Positions 48,301-56,804 of a stretch of 56,804 nt of DNA are shown here, piece after piece. Below the pieces are notes generated by a model, which made no database searches, was not told the origin of the DNA, and saw only the letters and a list, made by a program, of their open reading frames with translations. Each line of letters starts with the position of its first letter. Position 1 is the first letter of the stretch. The DNA comes from Phoronis australis (lineage: Eukaryota > Animalia > Phoronida), in the NCBI GenBank assembly GCA_002633005.1, contig NMRA01000077.1, positions 1,021,193-1,077,996 of the forward strand. The letters run 5' to 3'. The translations under genes and the position numbers were made by a program.

Positions 48301-51300
48301 AGTATTGGAGACATTTAGAAGGTGCCAGGTGTGTGGCGAGGGAGTCACACGGCGGGGTGTAAGCAGTTTGTGTGCTCAGGTCACTATCAGTGGGAGTGTG
48401 TCTCGGGACACTGGGGCAAGTGGGACAGTTGTTCCTCTGTCTTCCGCAACTCAACATCGCAGCAGCGCTGCTTACAGGCTTTGGGCTATTATGAGTACAT
48501 CCCGGTACTCAGCAACAGTGTGGCATGTTGACTGACTCGTAAAGAAAAGCAAACGATGATCGAACTTATCGCTACGGAGATACAACAATGACTGACTTGG
48601 CAGCTCTCACAGTCCGACTATACGAAAAGAAATTGGCGCGAAATTCTTGCTTCCCAAAATGTCACTTCTGGAGTAGAGAACAAATAATTACGAAAAGCTG
48701 TAATTAAGTGGAAAATATGTCTGGGATTACCAACGAACCATATTTTTGCTAAAAAAGACAATCGTCATGAAAAAGGTTGCTTTCGCCTTTAACTTGGGCC
48801 AACTGGTGTATTGAAATTGTGTCATTTTTGGGACATTTCAGGCTGTTTTCTAAATTCTAAAATTCAATTCTTTGTTGAGGAGCCTGCCCGTGGCAAAAGT
48901 TGGACAGTGTTAGAATGTTTAAAACGTTGAACACTGTCTGAGAAACACCCTGTAGCCGACTAGCCATTATTGCATATGTGGAAGTAGTGGACTGACCACG
49001 GCGGTAATAGTGACAACTTTAGAAATAACAAATGGGAAATCATGGGTTCATCTCTGCTATACAACAAAAAGTTTGTGCTGATCATATTGCTGAGTTGTGT
49101 TTTAGTAACAATGGTCAGAGTTTTTAACACTTGTTGACTTTCGGCTGCAGTCGAGGCTCCCCTTCCATTATATTATTGAAGAACCTTTTTTTGAGCAACA
49201 GAAAGGAAAAGGGAAGCTGGACTTAATTGTAAAAATGACAAATACATCATATTAAGAAAGAGTTCTAGAACGACAACAGTAATAAGCGTTGTTAACAGTC
49301 ATTGCTATGATAACACAACACCACTGGACTAAAACAGAATTCTATCATTCTACAATTTATTTCTGTTTTCAGAAATTCTTCAGGCGGCCTCATCTGCAGC
49401 GATAGCGGCCTTGGCAGCATGCCACAAAGAGAACCAAGATGCTGTAGTTGCTGAAGGAGCAGTCAAGTAAGCGCTGATTGTAGGGCATTAGTGGAGCAAA
49501 CTATGTCCTAAACACTTACTTGAGATTTCCGTGATAAGCTCACTTAAATGTACACCATGTGGGCGTACAAGACATGAGGAAAAAGAGCTGCAAATACAGT
49601 CTGTGCAGTACTAAAATTATTGCGAGTTTCTCTTGGAATGAACTCCAAAACCTCCAACAATGAAACCAAATTTCAATATTACTAAATAACTGGTTTCCAT
49701 TATCATAAATTGTTGAGGAGAAAATGGTTTGGAAATTTTCTGTGCAAGGAACAGCATGGATATGCCTACACGTATATTAATACTTGATGCTAAAAGGCCA
49801 TTTGCTGCATATATGCCCAGCAGTTATCATTACTTGCCATTATCCTGGAGTGTAAAAACCAAGAAATTTTCTATCCCCATCTAATCTAGAATCACGCTCG
49901 ATTAAGTTTGTCAAACTTGCATTTTGTGTTGGTACACAATACTGTGGATAAGCTGGTCAGAGATTACAGTCACACAAGGGAATCAACAGGTGAAAGTATA
50001 TCATACAAAACACATCTGCTTCAGGACATTTGTTGAAAGTCATTTTTTAAACATTGGTGAGGGTCGGGGATCCTGCTTACAACATAATTTCTGGATTACG
50101 TGAACATCAGATGAAAGCAGACTTATTTTTATACATGTCTAATCACTTGCAAGTCAATTTGCTGCGTAATCAAATTTTTCATCCATAAGGCAAACTCAAA
50201 ATGATACATGGGTCATCACTAGACAAGTTATGTAGGAAGGGTTATGTTATACCCGTCACACAAGAGGTGCGGTGCCACTACAGTTTTTGGTCAAAACCGC
50301 CATTGCCATAGTGACACCGCCAGTAGTGTTTCATAGTTTTCACCACGGGATTGCTGTAGGGTTGCCAGTCTTCGTTTCCGGCAATTGCTCAGCAGCTGTA
50401 CTGGGGAAGCATGGCGGTTATGGAGGTGCTGCTGCGATCCTTGTACGGTACGATCCTTGTACGGCTATCATGACGGTGCCGCAGTGATCCCACTGCAGAT
50501 TAGCCCAACCCACGGTGGCACTACGGAAGTTTTGAACATGTTCAAAGTATCCGTCATGCCACCGTGAAGGTCCACGGTTTTTACAGTTTTCCTTGTTGCT
50601 ATGGCGATCAATGGCGGAACCACTGCGGAATCATGGTGGTGCCAGTGCGGTTTATGCCGCACAAGCACCGCAGTGACACCGCACCTCCAGTGTGACAGGA
50701 GGTATTAGGCTCTTTTGCTTAGTTTTTGTGTTACTATTGTGACTTATTGTTCACCTCAATGGATTTGACAGTACGGTGCAGCTTTGTTCAGAACTCTTGT
50801 CAGTGCCATTTTTGTTATATGTACTAATTAGCATGGGAGGTTGATTAGCATGAGAGGTTGATTAGCATGGGAGGTTGATTAGCATGGGAGGTTGATTAGT
50901 ATGGGAGGTGTGCTGGTTTAGTTTGAGACTGGAGAGCCTACTGAAGGTTTCTTCAACAAACCATTCTGACTGCTTACATGAACAATAACTGACTGGGTGA
51001 CAGGGCCATAACAGTTACCTTCTAGAACTTGGTAGCAGATTCACATTATTGTTTGTAAGCCATAAGTTCCTGGACACTGTGACCTAGGACTCGGGTTTAA
51101 TGAGAGCACAAGCTGTATTTCTTCATGTCTGCCAATTTGACCACATGGTGATACACAATAGGCAGCATGAAGATGCTGCCTATTTTGCATCACCATGTGG
51201 TCACCTGTGTGATTTCATTTATGTCCATCTATTCGACAGTCTGTATTATACCCTTGATAAAGAGTGCATTGCTCGAAATGTGGGGAATATTTTAATATAT

Positions 51301-54300
51301 TTTAGTACCGACACTCGTTTTATTTTTACTATTTTAAACCCAGAAAAAAATTCCACACTTGAATTTAGGGATATCCACTCTGCTTTCAAAACAGAAAACT
51401 GTGTCAAGTTGAGATATTGCAAGTTAGTGCTGTCTGTACGTGCATTAGGGCGGTATTCAAACTATTTGCCTAATGTGTAAGCTCCACGCTTTTGTTTCTC
51501 CTTTTAGACCAATAGTGGACCTGATCAAGGGTCGTAACATCACTGTCCCTGTGAAGGCTGCCAGTGCTCTTGAGGCTCTGGCTCAGGACAACCCCAACAG
51601 TCAGAAGGCCTTCCTTGAACTGGATGCTCCTAAAGCACTTATTAAACTTCTCAAGGTACGCAAAATGGCACAATCTTTGGAAAGATATTTGTGAGCAGGT
51701 GACATGATTGTTGGACATATGCACTCATTTAGAGCCTATGTTCCTATGTGTGATGCTATGCCTGTATCTGAACTTGAGCACCTTTATGCAAGCATTTGAG
51801 TTGAATCCCATGTAGTTATATGAATGTCCCGTGTAAATTGTGCCATATTTTCAAGTGAATAATGAATGGAAAAATTACTACTAATAGATAATGTTCAGAA
51901 ACAAAAACATGCAGCGTTTAAGACTTTAAAATGTCTCACTCAGTACTAAATAATAATAATAATATAATAAGTGATTAGCTGAATTCACAAACTTCAAAGT
52001 GGAATAAATCTCTTTCTGTTGCTGAATTGTCGGGCTGGAGCAGCAATTAACTCCATTGTGTGTCCATGGTTTTATCGTGTGGTATTAAAAAACAGTATTG
52101 TGTCACATCAAAACCAAAACAATGGTTTTCAAAGTGCGTGCTGCCTGGGGCTTCAAGACATGAGCCAGTGCTCAATTTAGTGATCTGCAGATCGTCAATG
52201 CAACCTCAGATTGTGTTTGGTGAAGTGGGAAAAATCTCAAGTTGCCACGAAGTGGCCCATGCAATATCAGAGTCAGAAAATGATTCTTCCAAAATGTGTT
52301 TTAAATTTTGTGTTGACTTCCTCACTTTAAGTTGGTAAAAAAAATGTAGATGGTCTGATGTCGTTTGCGGTGCTTTAGACGTGTGCAGACCTCATTCATG
52401 GTTTGGCCCATTGCACAAAACACCTAAGCTAAAAGCACGAAAGCCCAACTCATTTCTGTGTTCTGCGATAGGCCTTCCATCACCAATTTCCGTGAAGAAA
52501 TTGTTTGTATTATTTAAAGCTGTGATCTGGACATCACTAGGCATGTTTCATAGTTGCCCAGTTTTGGCCATTAGCTTATTGCTCACATTCCTGTGGCTTC
52601 TGTGTGAAACGGAAACAGGGATGTGAGTTTTCACCCACTGACCATGATATCTGAGACGAAGTGCAGCACATGCAGCTTCACCCTCAAGGTATATGTACAG
52701 TGGTGGTAGACGGATTAGCATTTCTAGGGCTGCAGAAGATGTTCCTGGAAAAGCAGAAGTAATGCACAAACAAGCTAGACGTTCCAGATGATCAAGTTTG
52801 TTCATTGTTGTAATGTTTTTACGCTCTTATCCATACTGATGCAGCATAAGACATTATAGGTTGGATAATAGCAATATAAATCCAGAACATATTCCCGGGA
52901 GTCATTCCCCAAGTTTTACCCAGCACACGACTGCATCTCACCAGTGCAGTTTTGGCTTTCGAGATTTTTCTGTAATATACGGGGTCCAGGAAAGACGATG
53001 GTGTAAAATGACACCTAGATAAGTTACATTTTTAATATTTGCTTTCTGTTGTATACTCATTAACAATGCACTCCATTTAATGTTCAGGTACTTTTTGAGT
53101 TAGCAGTTTGTTTTTTCAAACTGTATTTATCAAAGAAATTATATATTTGTCAGTTCCTGGCACTCTCCTAAAATGCTTGAATCTGCCATTCACTGAAGAG
53201 CAGACAAGATGATTGCACTCTGCTGGTAATGACGTTTGTAACATTGGTAGGTCTTTGATTTGATTTGGTCGCATTTTTTTTTCTTTTTTTGGCTTTTTGA
53301 CTTGCCAAATCGACTCCTAATTGCAAACAAACGGGGAAAAAGCCAGCCGAGCTTACAGCCAGACTCGGTTCTGCAAGTCAGTGCTTGTTCTATGTTCAGA
53401 TCGAATCGAGCTTGTGTAGACTGGGTCGATGGGGTAGTGGGCTGTGGATCGAGGGGGCTGTAGGTCGTGGGNAGTTAGCAGTTTGTTTTTTCAAACTGTA
53501 TTTATCAAAGAAATTATATATTTGTCAGTTCCTGGCACTCTCCTAAAATGCTTGAATCTGCCATTCACTGAAGAGCAGACAAGATGATTGCACTCTGCTG
53601 GTAATGACGTTTGTAACATTGGTAGGTCTTTGATTTGATTTGGTCGCATTTTTTTTTCTTTTTTTGGCTTTTTGACTTGCCAAATCGACTCCTAATTGCA
53701 AACAAACGGGGAAAAAGCCAGCCGAGCTTACAGCCAGACTCGGTTCTGCAAGTCAGTGCTTGTTCTATGTTCAGATCGAATCGAGCTTGTGTAGACTGGG
53801 TCGATGGGGTAGTGGGCTGTGGATCGAGGGGGCTGTAGGTTGGGGTTGAGGGGGCTGTAGGTCGTGGGTCGAGGGGGTCATGGGTTGAGGAGGTTGATGA
53901 GGTTTTAGAACAATCCACAGTGTAATTAAGTCCCTTGGAGCACACGATCTGATAGATTTCCTCTTACTCGGTACAGCCTTCTATTTTTACTTGAAACCAA
54001 GCAACCAAATTTCTGTTGTTGTCTTTTCTTGGTTGTCTCCTGTTTATGGAGTTACATATGTATGACAAACTCACCAGGCTGTCGTAAACCAAAGCAGAAA
54101 ATGTCTCAAAAGTATACTCATCCTCACAGTGTCACAATTTGTTAACTATGGAACTGTTCTATGCCTGGTGGGAGATTCGATTTGAGTGGCAGCCCTGTAA
54201 CCTTTGACCTCGTATATGTAGTAAACACATTTCCACGCAGTTGAAGGTGTTTTTTCTAAGTCTTTTTTCTCATTACATGGTATATATTTTGTATTTGAAG

Positions 54301-55983
54301 ATCCCTGACAGTGAAGATGAGGTGTTTTGGTAGACATGTGAAATGTTGTAAAAACGGCCAATCTTTGGGAATAGGTATTGAGATACCCTTAAATGAGGTA
54401 CCTTAACACAATCACTCACATTTACTCTCCTTCAATTGATATGTTTAGACTGAACAAACAAGATAGGCAGGGGACAATTAGTGCAATGCTACATAGTCTG
54501 CAAATTAGTACATTCAACCTTGGGCCTCACAACTGACAGTCCACACTACAAACTACTTTGCTATAATGTCTCAATATAATATTAAATTTAAAAATAAATG
54601 TTACTCATATGGTCTCATTATGGTTTGTGTTGTAGATCTGGTCTATTGAGGTGAAAGAACAAGGTGCCTGTGCCCTGTGGGCCCTTGCCGGTCATACCAA
54701 GACACAACAAAAGTACATTGCGGAACGAATAGGGATACAGCAACTAATTGATATGTTACTGCTCAAGTCTGAGAAGTTACAATACGTTGGTATGTGCACT
54801 GGATGTAAGGCAGTTATTTTAATGCAAAACATGTTGCAAGGAGTTCATAGGTACATGGAAATGTGATTCTTTACTAGTGGACGTACTGGAGAATTTTAAG
54901 CAAGTGATGTAATTTATTGGTATTATTCGCTCTTTGATTTTACTATCAATTATATGATTCCGTGATGTCGTATTGAATACAATCTTGCAAAATGTTGAGG
55001 TAGACAGATTTTAGTGTGTATTGATCAAAATAATACATTTGATATTTGAGTTTCTTTACTAATAGTCTTTGACTACCTTCGCATGTATGTTTTGCAGGTT
55101 GAACAAGCAGTGAGTGTCACTAAGTGAATTTCAAGTTCTGATTGATACACAATTCAGATTTTACTTAAGATGCCCTTATTCCCACCCTAGTTTGGAAGTG
55201 ACTGTATTCTATGTGGTCATTATTATTATGATGTAATGTGCATTGAAGGTGGCATGGCCATCACAGCTCTGTGTCGAGAGAGTATGGAGAAACAGAATAG
55301 AATAGCAGATGAGAGTGGCATACAACCTCTTGTACGCCTGATACGATCGCCAAAGACTTCTGAGAGAGTGTTACTGACCAGTATAAAGACTCTTGGTACA
55401 CTGTGTGTTGGTAAGCTAATCTACAATATATTTAATTGAATTGAGAAATGTTTTGTATTCACTTTGAATGTGGATAATTTTGAAATGAAGTCTGTGAGAC
55501 TGGTCCTTTAAGGGAGTTTAAACTCTGATATCAAACAGTTTTGTGTGCTTGGTATTGAAGTGAAACTTGAATTAGTGAATTGTTCAATATTAGTTTTTTT
55601 TTAATAACGGTATTGTATTACCTACATTTTTCTCTAGATAAGTTATCTAAGGCTTGGAATGTTTTCTTTTGCTTGTTGTCCACATTCCAGCTGCACTTTG
55701 GCTGGTTGTGTTCTGACATGGTTATTGCATGATTAATAATTGTGTACTTCCAGGTGTGGCTCACAGAAATAACAAGATTGCTCAGAACAAGATAGCTGAA
55801 GACAACGCTATACCAGTCCTAGTTCAGTTGCTGTTAGCACCACCTAGTGAGGAGATTCAAGTTGAGGTGGCATGCACTCTAGGTTGTATAGTTCTGGGTA
55901 ATCAAACCAACCAAGACATACTGAAAGAACAGCCAGGATTTGATTTTAGACTTCTATTGACGTTGCTGGATTCTGATAGCCAG
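5753..55983 (+). CDS. ANKAR: Ankyrin and armadillo repeat-containing protein, 16 coding exons, 3'-incomplete (join 5753-6302,11392-11826,12416-12520,16677-16848,18185-18368,32711-32933,42619-42820,43558-43766,44823-44927,45511-45663,46403-46663,49373-49466,51508-51655,54636-54789,55249-55410,55754-55983)
   Basis: All junctions are GT-AG and phase-compatible, giving an open 1129-codon frame. Architecture: ANKAR-type N-terminal region (ELTIGIF, LPPAYHDTRVGQ, DYMMKSLWHG, KTERDLPP, YFHLHGG), then ankyrin repeats (GLSLVHYAA, GPTPLHLAC, PIHYAA, SPLLLAA), then armadillo repeats (GGIPALVDLL, GGILPLVNLL, ALWALAG). Orthology is from recalled similarity to vertebrate ANKAR, not a search. Confidence 0.93.
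6861..8035 (+). mobile_element. Diverged HINE (non-autonomous Helentron-like) copy with CCTAGTGG internal array
   Basis: 5' tttttatgcacccatatttatatgtgg; internal subunits homologous to 36066-37636; degenerate 3' atgggagcat...ctcttgtt. Confidence 0.8.
9105..9321. mobile_element. MITE, 217 bp, TA target duplication (Tc1/mariner-pogo-like)
   Basis: TA|CCGTAAACTCTTGGGTTAACGCC ... GGCATTAACCCAGGAGTTTACAG|TA imperfect TIRs. Confidence 0.8.
9496..9640. repeat. Imperfect tandem repeat, ~55 bp x2.5
   Basis: tgatgttaacccactgtatgtaacaacttataggtagtggctacgattattgaac. Confidence 0.85.
11392..11826 (+). CDS. ANKAR: ANKAR coding exon 2 (GLYDITKDP...LLPPMT)
   Basis: ttctAG acceptor, CAG|GTTAGA donor, 435 nt, phase 1-1. 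Confidence 0.93.
11941..12034 (+). mobile_element. 94-bp minimal derivative of the TTAA/AGGAGAATGCCACC-TIR element
   Basis: TTAA|AGGAAAATGCCACC...GGTGGAATTCTCCT|TTAA; both halves match the ends of 19167-21378. Confidence 0.85.
12416..12520 (+). CDS. ANKAR: ANKAR coding exon 3 (EECKTERDLPPLITGQDFKCKNFNYGNSYFHLHG)
   Basis: Not in ORF track; T-rich tract + tacAG, G|GTGAGT donor, 105 nt, phase 1-1. Confidence 0.92.
15130..16622 (+). mobile_element. Second HINE-like family with dimeric (~320 bp) CCTAGTGGCCATTTTG array
   Basis: Motif recurs at ~15316,15454,15633,15779,15955,16100,16279; 3' subterminal GTGGGCGCAT at 16589-98. Confidence 0.7.
16677..16848 (+). CDS. ANKAR: ANKAR coding exon 4 (GIQIDSET...EIDGK)
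   Basis: tgccAG acceptor, AG|GTAACT donor, phase 1-2. Confidence 0.9.
17528..17730. repeat. Minisatellite, 36 bp x~5.5
   Basis: gcagcttcacctatccacatagtttcacatattctt. Confidence 0.95.
18185..18368 (+). CDS. ANKAR: ANKAR coding exon 5 (YSLFSFDTE...KRAIKYK)
   Basis: ttttAG acceptor, AAG|GTAAAT donor, phase 2-0. Confidence 0.92.
19433..19803 (+). mobile_element. HINE 5' end (hairpin + GTCC microsatellite), truncated by N-gap
   Basis: tttttATGCGCCCACATAtttaTATGTGGACGCAT then gtccgtccgtccg. Confidence 0.85.
19804..20062. other. Assembly gap (259 N)
   Basis: Run of N. Confidence 1.
21515..22983 (+). mobile_element. Compound HINE (two 5' ends, ~21515 and ~21905) with ABC array; duplicate at ~25193-26790
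   Basis: ATGCGCCCAC at 21521 and tatacgcccacata at ~21907; CCTAGTGG-type motifs about every 150 bp. Confidence 0.8.
22984..23599. other. Assembly gap (616 N)
   Basis: Run of N. Confidence 1.
23600..23868 (+). mobile_element. HINE 3' end
   Basis: GTGGGCGCAT 23834-43, CAACGC-tct-GCGTTG hairpin, ctcttgtt. Confidence 0.85.
23869..26624 (+). repeat. Near-identical duplicate of ~20190-22983 (probable second haplotype)
   Basis: Collinear ~2.8 kb with scattered SNPs and small indels; first copy is bounded by N-gaps. Confidence 0.9.
28680..29291 (+). mobile_element. Older, diverged right half of the AGGAGAATGCCACC-TIR element
   Basis: Homologous to ~20795-21378; ends gggtgacattctcct|tcaa. Confidence 0.8.
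29816..29972. repeat. Minisatellite, 14 bp x11
   Basis: gccactgtataacg. Confidence 0.95.
32711..32933 (+). CDS. ANKAR: ANKAR coding exon 6, first ankyrin repeat (NVPVGLRAAAKRG...NNILST)
   Basis: ctccAG acceptor, CAG|GTAAAT donor, phase 0-1; follows a 14.3-kb intron. Confidence 0.92.
35185..35590 (-). mobile_element. 3' end relic of a CR1/L2-type LINE
   Basis: Minus strand reads LTPNYLTTKFKAVRDTDNYNTRAS..LVPIKPK (post-RT C-terminus-like), then a ctggg..ttgaaaatcag..ctgaagtggtcacc hairpin and aataa tail. Confidence 0.6.
35895..38290. mobile_element. Unclassified DNA element with C-rich/G-rich inverted subterminal repeats, interrupted by a HINE; paralogue ~53245-53917
   Basis: ccccttgaccc repeats 35900-35972, gggtcgagggg repeats 38200-38275; 35970-36065 plus 37637-37730 match the reverse complement of ~53245-53430. 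Confidence 0.65.
36066..37636 (+). mobile_element. Complete HINE (non-autonomous Helentron, DINE-1/pearl-like), ~1.57 kb
   Basis: 5' subTIR ATGCGCCCAC within a hairpin, GTCC microsatellite, ~9 CCTAGTGG-ending subunits, 3' subTIR GTGGGCGCA 37602-10, CAACGC/GCGTTG stem-loop, T-run boundaries, no TSD. Confidence 0.88.
38833..38847 (+). CDS. ANKAR: Candidate alternative 15-nt microexon of ANKAR (adds DDDGA)
   Basis: catttcttttaatgcaacatAG|ATGATGATGGTGCAG|GTAAGT; symmetric in the phase-1 intron, no stop. Confidence 0.6.
39577..39597 (+). CDS. ANKAR: Candidate alternative 21-nt microexon of ANKAR (adds AIAAIAV)
   Basis: tttatttttcgtgtcacatcttctAG|CGATTGCTGCCATTGCGGTAG|GTAGGA; frame-preserving, no stop. 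Confidence 0.35.
   Translation, partial: RLLPLR
41372..42226. mobile_element. AT-rich MITE with GTTTGACCCT/AGGGTCAAAC inverted ends; 48-bp internal direct repeat ~41416-41510
   Basis: TTAA|GGGTACGTTTGACCCT ... AGGGTCAAACAATTAC|taa. Confidence 0.55.
42619..42820 (+). CDS. ANKAR: ANKAR coding exon 7, ankyrin repeats (GPTPLHLAC...ELTTQN)
   Basis: ttccAG acceptor, GA|GTGAGT donor, phase 1-2. Confidence 0.93.
43558..43766 (+). CDS. ANKAR: ANKAR coding exon 8, ankyrin repeats (LKSSPLLLAA...VWKTLV)
   Basis: cttcAG acceptor, G|GTAGTT donor, phase 2-1. Confidence 0.92.
44202..44398. repeat. Compound minisatellite: 21 bp x5 followed by 17 bp x~5.5
   Basis: aatgtgccaccatactcttaa then aatatctagaccaactc. 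Confidence 0.93.
44823..44927 (+). CDS. ANKAR: ANKAR coding exon 9 (EMLCSESFQKKDSAVRCLEVLSTAAHSHWVSILNA)
   Basis: Not in ORF track; tttctAG acceptor, G|GTGAGT donor, 105 nt, phase 1-1. Confidence 0.9.
45221..45430. mobile_element. Truncated MITE-like fragment rich in CTTAAG/AAGACAAA motifs
   Basis: Starts aggggcccgttccaacaaa; taagacaaatcttaa repeated and inverted. Confidence 0.4.
45511..45663 (+). CDS. ANKAR: ANKAR coding exon 10, armadillo repeat (GGIPALVDLL...ILIKLL)
   Basis: tttcAG acceptor, G|GTGAGT donor, phase 1-1. Confidence 0.93.
46403..46663 (+). CDS. ANKAR: ANKAR coding exon 11, armadillo repeats (GSPIDDIHSRC...EFLTVPS)
   Basis: Pyrimidine tract + aatAG, G|GTAAGA donor, 261 nt open on + strand, phase 1-1. 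Confidence 0.92.
48260..48440 (+). pseudogene. Frameshifted relic of a Kolobok-type transposase Cys/His region, inside an element ending CCT|TTAA at 48788
   Basis: KFIVDLSKVLETFRRCQVCG...AQVTI, then after a 1-nt frameshift WECVSGHWGKWDSCS. Confidence 0.6.
49373..49466 (+). CDS. ANKAR: ANKAR coding exon 12 (EILQAASSAAIAALAACHKENQDAVVAEGAV)
   Basis: ttttcAG acceptor, AA|GTAAGC donor, phase 1-2. Confidence 0.92.
50249..50705. mobile_element. GC-rich MITE, PIF/Harbinger-like
   Basis: ~33-bp imperfect TIRs CCCGTCACACAAGAGGTGCGGTGCCACT / AGTGACACCGCACCTCCAGTGTGACAGG, TTA-like flanks. Confidence 0.75.
50827..50909. repeat. Minisatellite, 17 bp x5
   Basis: attagcatgggaggttg. Confidence 0.93.
51508..51655 (+). 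CDS. ANKAR: ANKAR coding exon 13 (PIVDLIKGRN...ALIKLLK)
   Basis: cttttAG acceptor, AAG|GTACGC donor, phase 2-0. Confidence 0.92.
52050..53030 (-). mobile_element. Decayed non-LTR retrotransposon fragment (R1/LOA-like), RT C-terminal/tether region
   Basis: Minus strand: KAKTALVRCSRVLGKTWGMTP..WIYIAIIQPIMSYAASVW, frameshift, LDHLERLACLCITSAFPGTSSAALEMLIRLPPL. Confidence 0.8.
53098..53846. repeat. 374-bp direct duplication either side of a single N (53472); probable scaffolding overlap artefact
   Basis: 53098-53471 repeated from 53473, essentially identical. Confidence 0.9.
54636..54789 (+). CDS. ANKAR: ANKAR coding exon 14 (IWSIEVKEQGACALWALAG...KLQYV)
   Basis: ttgtAG acceptor, G|GTATGT donor, phase 0-1. 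Confidence 0.93.
55249..55410 (+). CDS. ANKAR: ANKAR coding exon 15 (GGMAITALCRES...LGTLCV)
   Basis: Weak ttgaAG acceptor, G|GTAAGC donor, phase 1-1. Confidence 0.88.
55754..55983 (+). CDS. ANKAR: ANKAR coding exon 16 (GVAHRNNK...LLDSDSQ); last exon visible
   Basis: ttccAG acceptor, CAG|GTTTGT donor, phase 1-0. Confidence 0.9.
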
Positions 55984-56245
55984 GTTTGTGGTTTCAAAAC
56001 GCAGGTAAACTATGGCCTTAGCATTGGAGTTGCACAATGTATCTGGGGGTAAAAATGTTAAACTATGATATCTGTGAATATAATTCTGTTGTATAACCGT
56101 AACTATATTTAATTCACTGTAACATAGTTTCTTATTTCTGCTTAACATGTTGTTTAATTTACTGACGTGAATTAAGTCATCCAACAAAAAGTTTACCAAA
56201 ATTAATGTTATAAGCTTGCTCATTCGATACAAAGTTCGTCCATTT

Positions 56246-56804
56246 CCATGTGACACTATCATGTACATTAAGTACATATAGTGGTATCCGTGTGACACTA
56301 TCGTGTACATTAAGTACATATAGTGGTATCCGTGTGACACTATCGTGTACATTAAGTACATATAGTGGTATCCGTGTGACACTACCGTGTACATTAAGTA
56401 CATATAGTGGTATCCGTGTGACACTATCATGTACATTAAGTACATATAGTGGTATCCGTGTGACACTATCGTGTACATTAAGTACATATAGTGGTATCCG
56501 TGTGACACTATCGTGTACATTAAGTACATATAGTGGTATCCGTGTGACACTATCGTGTACATTAAGTACATATAGTGGTATCCGTGTGACACTATCGTGT
56601 ACATTAAGTACATATAGTGGTATCCGTGTGACACTATCGTGTACATTAAGTACATATAGTGGTATCCGTGTGACACTATCGTGTACATTAAGTACATATA
56701 GTGGTATCCGTGTGACACTATCGTGTACATTAAGTACATATAGTGGTATCCGTGTGACACTATCGTGTACATTAAGTACATATAGTGGTATCCGTGTGAC
56801 ACTA
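56246..56804. repeat. Minisatellite, 42 bp x>=13, runs off window end
   Basis: ccgtgtgacactatcgtgtacattaagtacatatagtggtat. Confidence 0.98.

Noticed and set aside
53098-53846. Tandem duplication as a biological event, and its paired ORFs
   Set aside because: Identical copies flank a single N, typical of unmerged contig overlap
55954-56802. 282-aa minus-strand ORF of SHGYHYMYLMYTIV repeats
   Set aside because: Translation of a 42-bp minisatellite; no splice or coding evidence and antisense to ANKAR
56246-56804. CRISPR-like look of the palindromic tandem array (also 17528-17730, 29816-29972)
   Set aside because: Units are head-to-tail with no unique spacers, no cas genes, eukaryotic intron context

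Overview
AT-rich animal (probably marine invertebrate, lophotrochozoan-like) genomic DNA from a gapped draft assembly; it is not prokaryotic. The window holds one large + strand multi-exon gene, an ANKAR (ankyrin and armadillo repeat-containing) orthologue. I could chain 16 GT-AG coding exons from the ATG at 5753 to 55983 with consistent phases (3387 nt, 1129 codons); the 3' end lies beyond the window. The introns are packed with non-autonomous transposons: Helentron/HINE (DINE-1/pearl-like) elements carrying internal CCTAGTGG tandem arrays, TTAA-flanked (Kolobok-like) TIR elements including a 94-bp minimal copy, TA- and Harbinger-type MITEs, LINE relics and many minisatellites. Most interesting: (1) a frame-preserving 15-nt microexon with neural (UGC/eMIC-type) splice architecture, plus a 21-nt candidate, that would lengthen the loop between two ankyrin repeats; (2) filled and empty sites of one HINE insertion captured side by side around N-gaps; (3) a frameshifted Kolobok-type transposase relic. 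I found no convincing wholly new biological system; most long ORFs in the track are repeat or gap artefacts.
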